Positions 9,723 to 20,838 of a DNA stretch of 64,000 nucleotides are shown here, piece after piece. Positions within the stretch are counted from its first letter, which is position 1. Each line of letters opens with the position of its first letter. The stretch is from Occultella glacieicola (GTDB lineage Bacteria > Actinomycetota > Actinomycetes > Actinomycetales > Beutenbergiaceae), in NCBI RefSeq assembly GCF_004353825.1, contig NZ_SMNA01000012.1:1-64000 (forward strand), read 5' to 3'. Below the pieces are notes generated by a model that saw only the letters and a list, made by a program, of their open reading frames with translations, ran no database searches and was not told the origin of the DNA. The position numbers and the translations under genes are program-made.

Positions 9723-11333
9723 GTGAGCGCAGGCAGCGCCAGGGGCAGTCAGATCATGGACCGGCTGGCCGAGGCATTCCAGCACCGGACCCGGGCGGGC
9801 GCGCGCCTGCGGAGGTGGCGACTGCACGCGTTCACGGACACTTGGTCGGTGCTGCTCGGTCAGATCCTGGTCGCGAGCTTCCTCGTCTGCATCCTCACCG
9901 GCGCGTTCCTGACGTTCTTCTACGACCCCTCGATCGCCCGGGTGATCTACGACGGCCCGTTCGACTCGCTCCGGGGCGTCGAGATCTCCCGCGCCTACGA
10001 GTCGACCCTGGAGATCGCCTTCGAGGTCCGTGGCGGCTTCCTCATGCGCCAGCTGCACCGGTGGAGCGCGAACCTCATGATCGCCGCGCTGATGATGCTC
10101 ATCCTGCGGGTCTTCTTCACCGCTCAGTTCCGGTGGCCCCGAACCGGGACGTGGCTCGTCCTCTTCGGCGCCCTGTTCGCGGGCATGGGTGCGGGCCTCA
10201 CCGGCGCCGTCCTGCCCGACGACCTGCTCGCCGGCAGCAGCCTCGCGGTCCTCGACGGCCTCCTCAAGAGCGTCCCGGTATTGGGCGCCACGCTGTCCAC
10301 CCTGGTGTTCCAGGGCAACTTCCCGGGCGGGGCGATCGCCACGCTGTACCCGGTCCACGCGTTCGTGCTCCCGGGCATTCTGCTGCTGCTCGGGCTGTGG
10401 GCCCTGGCCAGTGCGATCGCCGGACGTGACCGGGCCGACGCGGGCCGCGCGACCGGCGGCCACAACCGCGCGGCCCGGGTGACCCCCGCCGTCAGACGGT
10501 TGGGTGTGTACTCGTTCGTGGTCGGCGGCCTGATCCTGGTCTCCGCGACCGTCACCGTGAGCCCCGTCTGGGACCACGGCCCGGCCGACCCGGGCAACAC
10601 CTCGGCGGGCGCGGGCGCACTCTGGTACCTCGCCTTCCTCGACGGCGCCCAGAAGTTGATCCCGCCCGGGTGGGAGTTCGTCTGGCTCGGCCGGACCTGG
10701 GCCCTGGCACTCCTCGTGCCGCTCGCGGTGTCCGGGGCGTTCCTGCTGGCCGCGATGCTCTACCCGTTCCTGGAGCGGTGGATCACCGGGGTCCGGACCG
10801 CGCACCACCGCCCGACCAGGCCACGCAACGCCCCGAACCGCACCGCGATCGGGGTCGCCGGAGTCACGTTCTACGGCGCGCTCTGGGCCGCGGCCGGCAT
10901 CGACACCCTCGCGCTGACGTTCGGCGTCGCCTTCGAGGTTCTCGTATGGGCGCTGCGCGCCGTGCTCCTGCTCGGCCCAGTGGTCGGGTTCGTCCTGACC
11001 AGACGCATCTGCATCGCCCTCCAACGGAAGGACAGGGAACTCGTGCTCCACGGCCATGAGACCGGCAAGGTGGTCCGCTCCTCGACGGGTGAGTACGTCG
11101 AGGTACGCACACCACTGGACGCCTACGAACGCTGGCGCCTCGTCGACTACGAGATCATCGAACCGTTGACGATCGAGCCGGACGCGAACGGCCGGCTCCG
11201 GTGGCGCGACCGGCTCCGGATGGCCCTGTCGCGCTGGTACTACCGGGACCAGATCCAGCCGGTCACCCCGGCCGAACTGCGCGCCGCGCAAGAACGGGAT
11301 GCGATCACCCTCGCGTTGACTTCCGACCTCTGA
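9723..11333 (+). CDS. qcrB: cytochrome bc1 cytochrome b subunit (QcrB)-like paralog, atypical
   Basis: [58 protein letters not shown] actinobacterial QcrB motifs; no qcrA/qcrC nearby. Confidence 0.85.
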   Translation: MSAGSARGSQIMDRLAEAFQHRTRAGARLRRWRLHAFTDTWSVLLGQILVASFLVCILTGAFLTFFYDPSIARVIYDGPFDSLRGVEISRAYESTLEIAFEVRGGFLMRQLHRWSANLMIAALMMLILRVFFTAQFRWPRTGTWLVLFGALFAGMGAGLTGAVLPDDLLAGSSLAVLDGLLKSVPVLGATLSTLVFQGNFPGGAIATLYPVHAFVLPGILLLLGLWALASAIAGRDRADAGRATGGHNRAARVTPAVRRLGVYSFVVGGLILVSATVTVSPVWDHGPADPGNTSAGAGALWYLAFLDGAQKLIPPGWEFVWLGRTWALALLVPLAVSGAFLLAAMLYPFLERWITGVRTAHHRPTRPRNAPNRTAIGVAGVTFYGALWAAAGIDTLALTFGVAFEVLVWALRAVLLLGPVVGFVLTRRICIALQRKDRELVLHGHETGKVVRSSTGEYVEVRTPLDAYERWRLVDYEIIEPLTIEPDANGRLRWRDRLRMALSRWYYRDQIQPVTPAELRAAQERDAITLALTSDL

Positions 11334-11394
11334 CGTCCGGCTTCCGTCACGGCTGCCGCAACATCGACGTCGTCCGAGTCCTATGGTGTTGTCC

Positions 11395-12090
11395 ATGCTG
11401 ACGCACCGCTGGGGCCTGGGCACCGAGCTCGTCGACTACGAGGAGGCGTGGGCGCAGCAGCGGGCGATCCATGAGCGGGTGGTCGCCGGGGGGCCGGACG
11501 AGTTGCTGCTGTTGGAGCACGCGAGCGTCTACACGGCCGGCAAACGCACCGCCACCTGGGACCGGCCCACCGACGGCACCCGGGTGGTCGACGTGGATCG
11601 CGGCGGGCGGATCACCTGGCACGGGCCGGGCCAGCTCGTCGTCTACCCGATCGTACGGCTCGTCGAGCCGGTCGACGTGGTCGCCTACGTGCGGGTGCTC
11701 GAGCAGGCGGTCATCGACCTGTGCGCCGACCTCGGTGTCCACGCCGAGCGGGTGGAGGGTCGCAGCGGGGTCTGGATCGTGGGGGTCGACGGCGGCCCGG
11801 ACCGCAAGCTCGCGGCGATCGGTGTGCGCGTGGCCAAGGGGGTGACGATGCACGGCGTGGCCGTGAACGCCTGCCCGGACCTGAGCGCGTTCGAGCGGAT
11901 CGTGCCGTGTGGCATCACCGGCACCGGTGTGATCTCGCTCACGGAACTGCTCGGCCGGCAGGTGGACGTCACCGAGTGCGCCGACCTGCTCACCCCCCAT
12001 CTGGCGCGCAATCTCGCGGTGGTGCGGGCCGCCGTCGCCCCCGCCCCGGTGAGCCGAACGACCGGGGCGAGCGCCGCCGTCGTCCACTGA
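11395..12090 (+). CDS. lipB: lipoyl(octanoyl) transferase
   Basis: [48 protein letters not shown]. Confidence 0.96.
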   Translation: MLTHRWGLGTELVDYEEAWAQQRAIHERVVAGGPDELLLLEHASVYTAGKRTATWDRPTDGTRVVDVDRGGRITWHGPGQLVVYPIVRLVEPVDVVAYVRVLEQAVIDLCADLGVHAERVEGRSGVWIVGVDGGPDRKLAAIGVRVAKGVTMHGVAVNACPDLSAFERIVPCGITGTGVISLTELLGRQVDVTECADLLTPHLARNLAVVRAAVAPAPVSRTTGASAAVVH

Positions 12091-12185
12091 CTGGACCACG
12101 GGCGTGCTCGACCGCCCTCCGGCTCCCGCCGGGTCGTAGGGTGACGGCAAGGGCATTCCGATCGACGCAGAAACGGGTGAACCGG

Positions 12186-13187
12186 GTGACCATCGCGCCA
12201 GAGGGACGACGCTTGCTTCGAGTGGAGGCGCGTAACTCCGCGGTTCCGATCGAGAAGAAGCCCGAGTGGATCAAGACCCGCGCCACGATGGGCCCGGAGT
12301 ACTCCGAGCTGAAGGGCCTGGTCCGCCGCGAGGGCCTGCACACGGTCTGCGAGGAGGCGGGCTGCCCGAACATCTTCGAGTGCTGGGAGGACCGCGAGGC
12401 CACGTTCCTCATCGGCGGGGACCAGTGCACGCGGCGCTGTGACTTCTGCCAGATCGACACCGGCAAGCCGGCCGACTTCGACGCGGACGAGCCGCGCCGG
12501 GTGGCCGCGTCGGTGCAGGCGATGGGCCTGAAGTACGCAACCGTCACCGGGGTGGCCCGCGACGACCTGGCCGACGGCGGCGCCTGGCTCTACGCCGAGA
12601 CCGTCCGCCAGATCCACCAGGTGAACCCGGGCACCGGCGTCGAGCTGCTGATCCCGGACTTCAACGCCGACCCCGACCAGCTCGCCGAGGTGTTCTCCTC
12701 CCGGCCGGAGGTGCTCGCGCACAACCTGGAGACGGTGCCGCGGGTGTTCAAGCGGATCCGCCCCGGGTTCCGCTACGAACGCTCGCTCAAGGTCATCACG
12801 ATGGCGCGCGACGCCGGGTTCGTGACGAAGTCGAACCTCATCCTGGGCATGGGCGAGACGTTCGAGGAGGCCGCGAGCACGCTGCAGGACCTGCACGACG
12901 CCGGCTGCGACCTGATCACGATCACCCAGTACCTGCGCCCGTCGCTGCGGCACCACCCGGTGGACCGGTGGGTCAAGCCCGAGGAGTTCGTGGCGCTGTC
13001 GGAGGAGGCCGAGGACATCGGGTTCCTCGGTGTGATGGCCGGGCCCCTGGTGCGTTCGTCCTACCGGGCCGGGCGGCTCTGGGGGCAGGCGATGGCCCGC
13101 CGCGGGCAGGCCGTCCCCGAAGCGCTGCAGCACCTGACCGAGCCGACCACGGCGCGCCAGGAGGCGGCCTCCCTGCTGCACGGGTGA
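12186..13187 (+). CDS. lipA: lipoyl synthase
   Basis: [21 protein letters not shown] radical SAM motif, RSSY. Confidence 0.97.
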   Translation: MTIAPEGRRLLRVEARNSAVPIEKKPEWIKTRATMGPEYSELKGLVRREGLHTVCEEAGCPNIFECWEDREATFLIGGDQCTRRCDFCQIDTGKPADFDADEPRRVAASVQAMGLKYATVTGVARDDLADGGAWLYAETVRQIHQVNPGTGVELLIPDFNADPDQLAEVFSSRPEVLAHNLETVPRVFKRIRPGFRYERSLKVITMARDAGFVTKSNLILGMGETFEEAASTLQDLHDAGCDLITITQYLRPSLRHHPVDRWVKPEEFVALSEEAEDIGFLGVMAGPLVRSSYRAGRLWGQAMARRGQAVPEALQHLTEPTTARQEAASLLHG

Positions 13188-13241
13188 GGCGCACCGGGGC
13201 GCCCTGAGGCGCTTCGCGCGACCGGTAGGCTTGACCCCATC

Positions 13242-13955
13242 ATGGCGAAGAACTCCTCCCCCGAAGCGGCGGCCCCGAAACCCAAGAAGAAGCGCTGGTA
13301 CCACCAGCTGTGGGACGTCTACAAGATGGTCCGCGAGGCGCAGCCGTCGATCACGTGGATCCTGCTGCTGATCATCGTCGGCGGCACCGCCCTCGGGTTC
13401 GGGCTCGGCGTGATCTTCAACCAGGAGGTCTACTTCACCATCCTGGCGCTGCCGTTCGCGCTGCTCGGCGCGATGTTCCTGCTCGCCCGGCGGGCGGAGT
13501 CGACGGCGTACCGCCGCATCGAGGGTGAGCCCGGGGCGGTCTCGGCTGCTCTGGGCACGATCCGGCGCGGCTGGAACATCGAGGACGAGCCGGTCGTGAT
13601 CGACCCGCGCACCCAGGACATGGTGTTCCGCGCCGTCGGCAAGCCCGGCGTGGTGCTGATCTCCGAGGGCCCGCCGCACCGGGTGAAGAAACTGCTCGAG
13701 AACGAGCGCCGGCGCACCGCCCGCGTCATCCCGAACGTACCCTTCGTGCTGCTCGAGTGCGGGCAGGAGGAGGGTCAGATCCCGCTGCCGAAGATCGCCT
13801 CCCGGGTCCAGAAGCAGAAGGGCAAGCTCACCAAGAACGAGGTCGCCGAGGTGTCCAAGCGGCTGCGAGCGCTGCACCGGAACACGCTGCCGATCCCGAA
13901 GGGCGTGGACCCGCGCCGGGCCCGCCCCGACCGCAAGGGGATGCGCGGCCGCTGA
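13242..13955 (+). CDS. DUF4191 domain membrane protein
   Basis: two TM helices, C-terminal PIPKGVDP; conserved position after lipA. Confidence 0.88.
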   Translation: MAKNSSPEAAAPKPKKKRWYHQLWDVYKMVREAQPSITWILLLIIVGGTALGFGLGVIFNQEVYFTILALPFALLGAMFLLARRAESTAYRRIEGEPGAVSAALGTIRRGWNIEDEPVVIDPRTQDMVFRAVGKPGVVLISEGPPHRVKKLLENERRRTARVIPNVPFVLLECGQEEGQIPLPKIASRVQKQKGKLTKNEVAEVSKRLRALHRNTLPIPKGVDPRRARPDRKGMRGR

Positions 13956-14043
13956 GCCGGGCCAAACGGGACCACCGGGGTCCACGGGGGTGCGGTTCTG
14001 CGGCGTATGAGCGTGGTGCGCCGCACGATGGCACCCTCGCGGG

Positions 14044-15435
14044 CTATCGGGCGACCGTCACCAGGTCGGTGTCGCCGAGTTCGAGCTGCCGACGGCGGAG
14101 CAGGCCGATGAGGTCCGCGGCCACTTCTGCATAGGCCGGGTCGGCGTAGACGTTGTGGACCTCGGAGGGGTCGCTCAGGTCGTAGAGCTCGATTTCCGAG
14201 GAGGTCTCGGCCGCGGCGCCGTCCAGGTAGCAGATCAGCTTGTACTTCTCGGTGCGCACGCCGAGGTGCGCCGGCACCCGGTGCGGGTCGGACAGGTGCT
14301 CCCAGTACCGGTAGTAGACGTCGGTCTGCCGGTGCGCGGGCTCGCGCCCGGCGAGCGAGTCGACCATCGAGTGGCCCTGGAGCCTGCCCGGCAGCGGAGC
14401 GCCGGCGAGTTCGAGCAGGGTCGGCGCGAGGTCCACGTTCGTGACGATGTCCGGGCAGTGGGTGCCGGGGCTGGTCAGCGGCGGGTAGCTGGCCAGGAAC
14501 GGCATCCGCAGCGACTCCTCGTACATGAGCCGCTTGTCGTACCAGCCGTGGTCGCCGAGGAAGAAGCCCTGGTCGGAGGTGTAGACGACGAGGGTGTTCG
14601 CGGTCAAGCCGTGCTCCTCGAGCCAGTCGAGGACCCGGCCCACGTTGTCGTCGACCGACGCGACGCAGCGCAGGTAGTCGGCCAGGTACCGCTGGTAGCG
14701 CCAGGACCGCTCCTGCTGCGCGGTCAGCCCCTCGGGCACCGGCAGCTTCAGGTCCCGCTCGTCCAGGTCCGCCATGCTCATCCGGAGCGCGTCGAGGGCG
14801 CGGGAGCGGCCGGCGAGGTCGTCGTCGAACGTGGGCGGCTCGGGGATGGTGCCCTCCGGGTACAGATGCCGGTGCTTGGCGTCCGGCTCCCAGCTCCGGT
14901 GCGGTGCCTTGTGGTTGAGCATGAGCAGGAACGGCCGGTCCCGCTCGCGCTGCTCCAGCCATTCGAGGGACAGGTCGGTGATGATGTCGGTGACGTAGCC
15001 GGTGTGCTGCTGCGGGCCATCAGGGCCGACCAGCACCGGGTCGTGGTACTCCCCCTGGTCCCGTAGGACCCGCCAGTGGTCGAAGCCTGCCGGGTCGTGC
15101 GCGGGCCCTTCGCCGAGGTGCCACTTGCCGACGATCGCGGTCTGGTAGCCGACCTCCCGCAGCTCGGCCTGCACCTGCGGGCGGGTGTTGTCGAGGTCGT
15201 CGAACAAGGTGCGCACGCCGTTGACGTGGTTGTACTCGCCGGTGAGGATCGCGGCCCGGCTCGGCGTACAGATCGAGTTCGTGCAGAAGCAGTTGTCGAA
15301 CCGGACGCCGGCGGTCGCGATCCGGTCGATGTTCGGGGTCGTGTTGACCCGACTGCCGTAGGCGGAGATCGCGTGCGCGGCATGGTCGTCGCTCATGATC
15401 ACGAGGAGATTGGGCTGGCCGGTCGCGGGCGCCAT
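14044..15435 (-). CDS. sulfatase (Cys-type, cytoplasmic)
   Basis: PNLLVIMSDDH, CTPSRA formylglycine motif, GKWHL, HKAPH, YTSDQG, DKR. Confidence 0.92.
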   Translation of the reverse strand: MAPATGQPNLLVIMSDDHAAHAISAYGSRVNTTPNIDRIATAGVRFDNCFCTNSICTPSRAAILTGEYNHVNGVRTLFDDLDNTRPQVQAELREVGYQTAIVGKWHLGEGPAHDPAGFDHWRVLRDQGEYHDPVLVGPDGPQQHTGYVTDIITDLSLEWLEQRERDRPFLLMLNHKAPHRSWEPDAKHRHLYPEGTIPEPPTFDDDLAGRSRALDALRMSMADLDERDLKLPVPEGLTAQQERSWRYQRYLADYLRCVASVDDNVGRVLDWLEEHGLTANTLVVYTSDQGFFLGDHGWYDKRLMYEESLRMPFLASYPPLTSPGTHCPDIVTNVDLAPTLLELAGAPLPGRLQGHSMVDSLAGREPAHRQTDVYYRYWEHLSDPHRVPAHLGVRTEKYKLICYLDGAAAETSSEIELYDLSDPSEVHNVYADPAYAEVAADLIGLLRRRQLELGDTDLVTVAR

Positions 15436-15471
15436 GACTGGACTCCTTCGTCGGGGCCGGGTCGTTCGAGG

Positions 15472-16644
15472 CTATCGGGAGCCCTCCACCGGCGCCCAGT
15501 CCCGCCCGAACCAGCGCCGTGCCCGCTCGGCGCCGAACGCCTGCTTCTCCGCGCTGTTCGGCAGCGAGGGGCCGTCCATCCCACCGAACGGCGCCTGCCC
15601 GGGCAGGAACGTGACGTCGACCTTGGCGACCTGTCCCCCGCCGAACTCCATGTAGCAGATGCCCTGGCCGCCGTAGGTGGCGTCGGAGCCCTCGCCGCGG
15701 GCGCGGGCGATGAGTTGCTCGGCGACGACCTTCGCCTGACCCTCGGAGAACACGCCCGCCTTGGGGGTGCCGACGCTGGTCACGTCCCCGATCGCGTACA
15801 CATCCTCGAACCTGGTCCGAAGGTTCCGCGGGTCCACCGGGATCCACCCGTCCTCGGTCAGCCCTGACTCCACGACCACCGCGGGTGCGACGTGCTTGGG
15901 CACCGCGAGCAGCAGGTCGAAGCCGATCTCCTCGCCGTCGCCCAGTGCCGCGACCTTCCGGGCCGGCTCCACGGAGCGGACCAGGGAGCCCGGGTGCCAC
16001 CCGATGCCACGCTCGGTGAACGCCTCGAGGATCGCTTCCGACGCGAGCGGCGACGGCGGGATCGGCCGCGGCAGCGGCATCACCAGGTCGATGCTCGACC
16101 CACGGCGCAGGCCACGCTCGGTCAGGAAGTCGTGCACGAGCAACGCCGTCTCGCTCGGCGCCGGCGGGCACTTGAAGGGCGTCGACGTCACGGCGATGAC
16201 CACCCGGCCGCCGTCGAACGCGTCGAGGGCGTCCCGCGCGGCGACCGCTCCGGGCACCGTGTAGAACTCGTGCCCGCCCTCCACCAGGCCCGGCGTCGCC
16301 GACGGGTCGAGGTCGGCGCCGAGGGCGACCACGAGGACGTCGGCCTCGAGTACCTCCCCGGAGTCCAGCGTGGCGGTCCGCGCGGCCGGGTCGATGCCCA
16401 CGACCTCGGCGCGAACCATCCGCACACCCGGGTGCGCGACGTCCGCGTACGCCAGGTGCACCCGCTCGGCCGCGGTATGGCCGAACATGAGGTCGAGTTT
16501 GGAGAACCCGAACACGAAACTGTCGGCGCGGTCGACGAGCGTGGCATCCACGCCCTCGCCGAGGGCCTCCGACAGCATCGACGCCACCTCCAGGCCACCG
16601 AAGCCGGCGCCGAGGATCACTACCCGCAGTCTGGTTGTCGTCAC
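15472..16644 (-). CDS. FAD-dependent oxidoreductase, sulfide:quinone oxidoreductase (SQR)-like
   Basis: GAGFGG, FKCPPAP, AIGDV, PKAG, CYMEFG. Confidence 0.75.
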   Translation of the reverse strand: MTTTRLRVVILGAGFGGLEVASMLSEALGEGVDATLVDRADSFVFGFSKLDLMFGHTAAERVHLAYADVAHPGVRMVRAEVVGIDPAARTATLDSGEVLEADVLVVALGADLDPSATPGLVEGGHEFYTVPGAVAARDALDAFDGGRVVIAVTSTPFKCPPAPSETALLVHDFLTERGLRRGSSIDLVMPLPRPIPPSPLASEAILEAFTERGIGWHPGSLVRSVEPARKVAALGDGEEIGFDLLLAVPKHVAPAVVVESGLTEDGWIPVDPRNLRTRFEDVYAIGDVTSVGTPKAGVFSEGQAKVVAEQLIARARGEGSDATYGGQGICYMEFGGGQVAKVDVTFLPGQAPFGGMDGPSLPNSAEKQAFGAERARRWFGRDWAPVEGSR

Positions 16645-16720
16645 CCGGTCATGCTGTCATCGCTGGGCGCGGCGGGTCCGGTGAATGGGCACTCAGTCCC
16701 GCCCACCCTCCTCAGGCTCC

Positions 16721-16793
16721 CCTCGAGATCGAACCTCTCCCGTCGAGATCGGACCCGCGCATGGACGATCTCGAGGTGGCAGGTACGAGGTCG
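16721..16793. repeat. intergenic inverted repeat and degenerate copy of the 53.2-53.4 kb repeat
   Basis: cctcgagatcg/cgatctcgagg inverted pair; 16739-16755 and 16782-16793 match segments of the 53 kb unit in reverse complement. Confidence 0.55.
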
Positions 16794-16830
16794 ACGCGCA
16801 CTCGGACGTACAACCGTTCACCGCGCGCGA

Positions 16831-17676
16831 TCAGGTCGTCGCCGTGACCAGCCAGGCGTGTGCCACGAACCGGACCGTGCCGTCGACCGTTCGCTCGCGC
16901 ACCTCCTGGCGCGCCTGCTCAAGCGCCGCCGCCCACCCGGCGGCACCGAGGCGTGGTTCGAGCTCGGCCCGCAGGGCCCGCCCGGTCTGCCCGCCGAGCA
17001 CGATGGCCAGGCGTTCCTCAATGCCGTCGCTGCCGTCCACGCCGTAGTCGCAGTCGCCGTCGACCGGCGCCACGGTCACGTCCCGCCAGCCGGCACCGGC
17101 GAGCACCTGCCGTACCCGCGCCCCGTCGGCCAGGCCCATCGGGCCGGGCACGCCTGACGGCGGTGGGCCGGGTGGGTCGTCGAGCCTCCCCATGAGCGAG
17201 CGGAGCCCGAGGTGGAACAGGTCCGTCTCGCCGTCGCGCCAGCACACGAACGCCAGCCGGGCGCCGGGCGCCGCCGCCGAGCGCAGGTTCGTGAACGCGG
17301 CGACCGGGTCGGCGAAGAACATCACCCCGAGCCGGGAGACGATCCGGTCGAACGGGTCGCCGGACGTGCCGGCGCGGAGGTCCTCGACCTGCGCATCGGC
17401 GACGATCACGCGGGCGCCGGGGACCCGCCGTCGGGCCGCGGCGACCATGTCGGCGGAGATGTCGACGCCGACCGGGTCGGCGCCCACCGCGGCCGCCGCC
17501 TCGAGCAGCGTGCCGGTGCCACAGCCGACGTCGAGGACCCGGTGCCCGGGCGCCAGTTCCGCGGCGGTGAGCAGCGCCGTCGTGAACGGTGCGAAGACGC
17601 AGTCGTACAGGTGCTGGTGCCGGATCCAGCCCGCCGAGCCGGTCGACCAGACCGCACGCATCGCCTCGTTGCCCAC
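16831..17676 (-). CDS. class I SAM-dependent methyltransferase
   Basis: VLDVGCGTG, GVDIS, SRLGVMFFADP. Confidence 0.9.
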   Translation of the reverse strand: MGNEAMRAVWSTGSAGWIRHQHLYDCVFAPFTTALLTAAELAPGHRVLDVGCGTGTLLEAAAAVGADPVGVDISADMVAAARRRVPGARVIVADAQVEDLRAGTSGDPFDRIVSRLGVMFFADPVAAFTNLRSAAAPGARLAFVCWRDGETDLFHLGLRSLMGRLDDPPGPPPSGVPGPMGLADGARVRQVLAGAGWRDVTVAPVDGDCDYGVDGSDGIEERLAIVLGGQTGRALRAELEPRLGAAGWAAALEQARQEVRERTVDGTVRFVAHAWLVTATT

Positions 17677-17799
17677 GGAAACGAACGTAGCGCTCGCGAC
17701 TCAGCGACAACAGTAGGAGCAACCCGGCACCGACACCCCGACCCGCTCCCATGCAGCGGTACCCTCGGGCAGGGTCCGCAGTCGTGCAGAGAGGGCAAC

Positions 17800-20700
17800 T
17801 TGTTCGCAGTCCACGGCTTCTGGTCCGGTGACGGCCTGTCTCTCTGGGCCGAGGACTCCGACCTCCCGACCTCGACCTCCAGCCAAGCGGTCCGGTCCGT
17901 GCGGCCGCACCCGTTCGCCGCCACCGCGGACGCTCTCACCGGCCTGCTCCCCGGCACGCCCACGACGGCGGAACTCCAGCTGCCGTCCCAGCGCAGCGCG
18001 CCGCTGGACTCGCCGGAGCTGCTCCGGGTGAACCCGCGCCGGGCCACCCGGGTCGATCCCGTGCTGTCCTCCTGGCGGGTGCCCGCCGTGCGGCTCGAGG
18101 GCGCGGCCGGCCTGGCCTGGCTGACCGATCCCGGGCAGGTCGCGGCCCGGTTCGGCGCCTCCGTGACGCACCTGCGGGACCTGGCCCGCTTCGCCCGGGA
18201 CCTGGCCGAGCGTGGCCGGGTGTTGCCCGCGGTGACGCCGACCGGAACCGGCGGGGTAGCGCACTGGCGGCCGGTGCTCCAGGGACCCGACGCTCTCGCT
18301 CAGCATCGGCTCGTGGCAGCCCTGCCGCCGGTGTCGCGGGCCGCAGGCGGGCAGGGCGACGCCCGTGCCATCGTCGACGAGGCGCTGCACCGGCTCACCG
18401 ATGCCGCCGTGCGGGAGCGGCTCGCCGAGGCGGGCTCCCTGCTCCCGGCGCGCCGCGGTCGCCGTCCGACGGTCGAACCGGTCGCCGACGCGTGGCTGGG
18501 CGCGCTCACCGGTCCCGACGGGAGGTTCGCCGCACCGCCCGACGGCGTCGCCCGCCTCGCGCAGGCACTGTCGCCCTGGGCCCAGCTCGGGTCCGGCGAG
18601 GACGAGCCCGCTCGGGCGACGTTCCGGCTCGTCGAGCCGCCGGCCGACGCCACGCCGGCCGTGGACACCCCGCAGCCGTGGCGCCTGGAGTTCCTGCTGC
18701 AGTCCACGACCGACCCGAGCCTGCTCATCCCCGCACCGCAGGCGTGGGACGGCGGCGGGCCGCTGCGCCGATGGGTCGACCGGCCCCAGGAACTGCTGCT
18801 GACCGAGCTCGGCCGGGCCAGTCGCCTCTACCCCGCCCTCGCCACCGGCCTGCGCAGCGCCCGCCCGGACCACCTCGACCTGGACCATGCCGACGCGCTC
18901 GAGTTCCTCACCGTCGCCGCTCCCGCACTGGACGAGGCCGGATTCGGTATGCTCATGCCCAACTGGTGGCGCCGCCGGCGCCCCCTCGGCCTGAGGATGA
19001 CCTCGAGCACGCCCACCGACGCCGCCGCGACCGAGGGCAGGTTCGGTCGCGACCAGGTCGCCGACTTCGAGTGGCGGCTCGCCCTCGGCGACGAGTCGCT
19101 CACCGACGCCGAGATCGAGGCAATCGCCGCCACCAAGGCACCCCTGGTGCGGCTGCGCGGGCAGTGGGTCGCCGTGGACCCCGAGCAGCTGCGCCGGGGC
19201 CTGGACTTCCTCGAACGCGAGGGAACCGGACGCACCACCGCGGCGCAGGTGCTCGCGCTCGCCGCGACCCACCCCGAAGACGTCGACCTCCCGCTCCGGG
19301 TCAGCGGGATCGAGGCGGACGGGTGGCTCGGCGCCCTGCTGGCGGGCACCACCGCCGAGCAGCTCGAACCCGTCGCACCCACCGAGCGACTGCGGGCGAA
19401 CCTGCGCCCCTATCAGGAGCGCGGCCTGTCCTGGCTGACGTTCCTGTCCCGGGTCGGCCTCGGCGCCTGCCTGGCCGACGACATGGGGCTGGGCAAGACC
19501 CTCCAGCTCCTCGCCCTGGAGGCCACCGAACGCGACGGCACCGATGAGGCCGCCGAACACCTCCCCTCCCTGCTGTTGTGCCCGATGTCGCTGATCGGCA
19601 ACTGGCAGGCAGAGGTCCGCAAGTTCGCTCCGCACCTGCGCCTCCACGTCCACCACGGGCCGCAGCGGTTGTCCGGACCGGACCTCACGGACCGGCTCGC
19701 GGAGACCGACATCGTCGTCACGACCTACTCGACCGCCACCCGGGACATCGACGACCTCGAGCCCGTCTCGTGGAACCGGGTGGTGCTCGACGAGGCCCAG
19801 GCGATCAAGAACCGGCACTCCCGCGCCGCGAAGGCCGTCGGTCGGCTGCAGGCTCGGCACCGCGTCGCACTCACCGGGACCCCGGTGGAGAACCGTCTCG
19901 GCGAGCTGTGGTCCATCATGAACTTCCTCAACCCCGGCCTGCTCGGCTCCCCGGAGACGTTCCGGGCCCGGTACGCGATCCCGGTCGAACGGCACGCCGA
20001 CACCGACGCCGCAGTCCGGCTCCGGCAGGTCACCCGTCCCTACCTGTTGCGCCGGGTCAAGACCGACCCGGCGATCATTGACGACCTCCCCGAGAAGATC
20101 GAGGTCAAGCAGTACTACCGGCTGACCACCGAGCAGGCCTCGCTCTACCAGTCCGTCGTGGACGACATGATGGACCGGATCGCCGGCTCCGACGGCATCG
20201 AACGCCGCGGCAACGTGCTGGCGGCCATGACCAAGCTCAAGCAGGTCTGCAACCACCCCGCCCAGCTCCTGCACGAGCGGTCCGCGGTCGGGCGCCGCTC
20301 CGGCAAGGTGATCCGGCTGGAGGAGATCGTGGAGGAGATCCTCGCCGAGGACGACCGGGCGCTGCTGTTCACCCAGTACGCGGGCTTCGCCGAACTGGTC
20401 GTCCCGCACCTGGCCGCCCGCTTCGGCACCGACGTCCTCTACCTGCACGGCGGCACCCCGCGGGCCGCCCGGGAGCGGATGGTCGAGCGGTTCCAGTCCG
20501 ACCAGGGCCCACCGATGTTCGTGCTGTCCCTCAAGGCCGGCGGCACCGGCCTGAACCTGACCGCCGCCAACCACGTGATCCACCTGGACCGGTGGTGGAA
20601 CCCCGCCGTGGAGAACCAGGCCACGGACCGGGCCTTCCGGATCGGCCAGAAGCGCAACGTGCAGGTGCGCAAGTTCATCGGCACCGGCACCCTGGAGGAG

Positions 20701-20838
20701 AAGATCGACACCTTGCTGGAGGAGAAGGCGGCGCTCGCGGACATGGTGGTCAGCGACGGCGAGGGCTGGCTGACGGAGCTGTCCACCGGTGATCTGCGCG
20801 AGTTGTTCACGCTGTCGGAAGGAGCCGTGGGTGAATGA
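17800..20838 (+). CDS. SNF2-family helicase/ATPase (HelZ-like)
   Basis: LRPYQ, LADDMGLGKT, DEAQ, LTGTPVEN, SLKAGGTGLNL, QATDRAFRIGQ; TTG start after gaggg. Confidence 0.93.
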   Translation: MFAVHGFWSGDGLSLWAEDSDLPTSTSSQAVRSVRPHPFAATADALTGLLPGTPTTAELQLPSQRSAPLDSPELLRVNPRRATRVDPVLSSWRVPAVRLEGAAGLAWLTDPGQVAARFGASVTHLRDLARFARDLAERGRVLPAVTPTGTGGVAHWRPVLQGPDALAQHRLVAALPPVSRAAGGQGDARAIVDEALHRLTDAAVRERLAEAGSLLPARRGRRPTVEPVADAWLGALTGPDGRFAAPPDGVARLAQALSPWAQLGSGEDEPARATFRLVEPPADATPAVDTPQPWRLEFLLQSTTDPSLLIPAPQAWDGGGPLRRWVDRPQELLLTELGRASRLYPALATGLRSARPDHLDLDHADALEFLTVAAPALDEAGFGMLMPNWWRRRRPLGLRMTSSTPTDAAATEGRFGRDQVADFEWRLALGDESLTDAEIEAIAATKAPLVRLRGQWVAVDPEQLRRGLDFLEREGTGRTTAAQVLALAATHPEDVDLPLRVSGIEADGWLGALLAGTTAEQLEPVAPTERLRANLRPYQERGLSWLTFLSRVGLGACLADDMGLGKTLQLLALEATERDGTDEAAEHLPSLLLCPMSLIGNWQAEVRKFAPHLRLHVHHGPQRLSGPDLTDRLAETDIVVTTYSTATRDIDDLEPVSWNRVVLDEAQAIKNRHSRAAKAVGRLQARHRVALTGTPVENRLGELWSIMNFLNPGLLGSPETFRARYAIPVERHADTDAAVRLRQVTRPYLLRRVKTDPAIIDDLPEKIEVKQYYRLTTEQASLYQSVVDDMMDRIAGSDGIERRGNVLAAMTKLKQVCNHPAQLLHERSAVGRRSGKVIRLEEIVEEILAEDDRALLFTQYAGFAELVVPHLAARFGTDVLYLHGGTPRAARERMVERFQSDQGPPMFVLSLKAGGTGLNLTAANHVIHLDRWWNPAVENQATDRAFRIGQKRNVQVRKFIGTGTLEEKIDTLLEEKAALADMVVSDGEGWLTELSTGDLRELFTLSEGAVGE

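Noticed and set aside
8787..11423. 878-aa ORF read as a large fusion ending in an SDR
   Set aside because: Only 8787-9575 is SDR, with its own RBS; the rest is antisense to qcrB.
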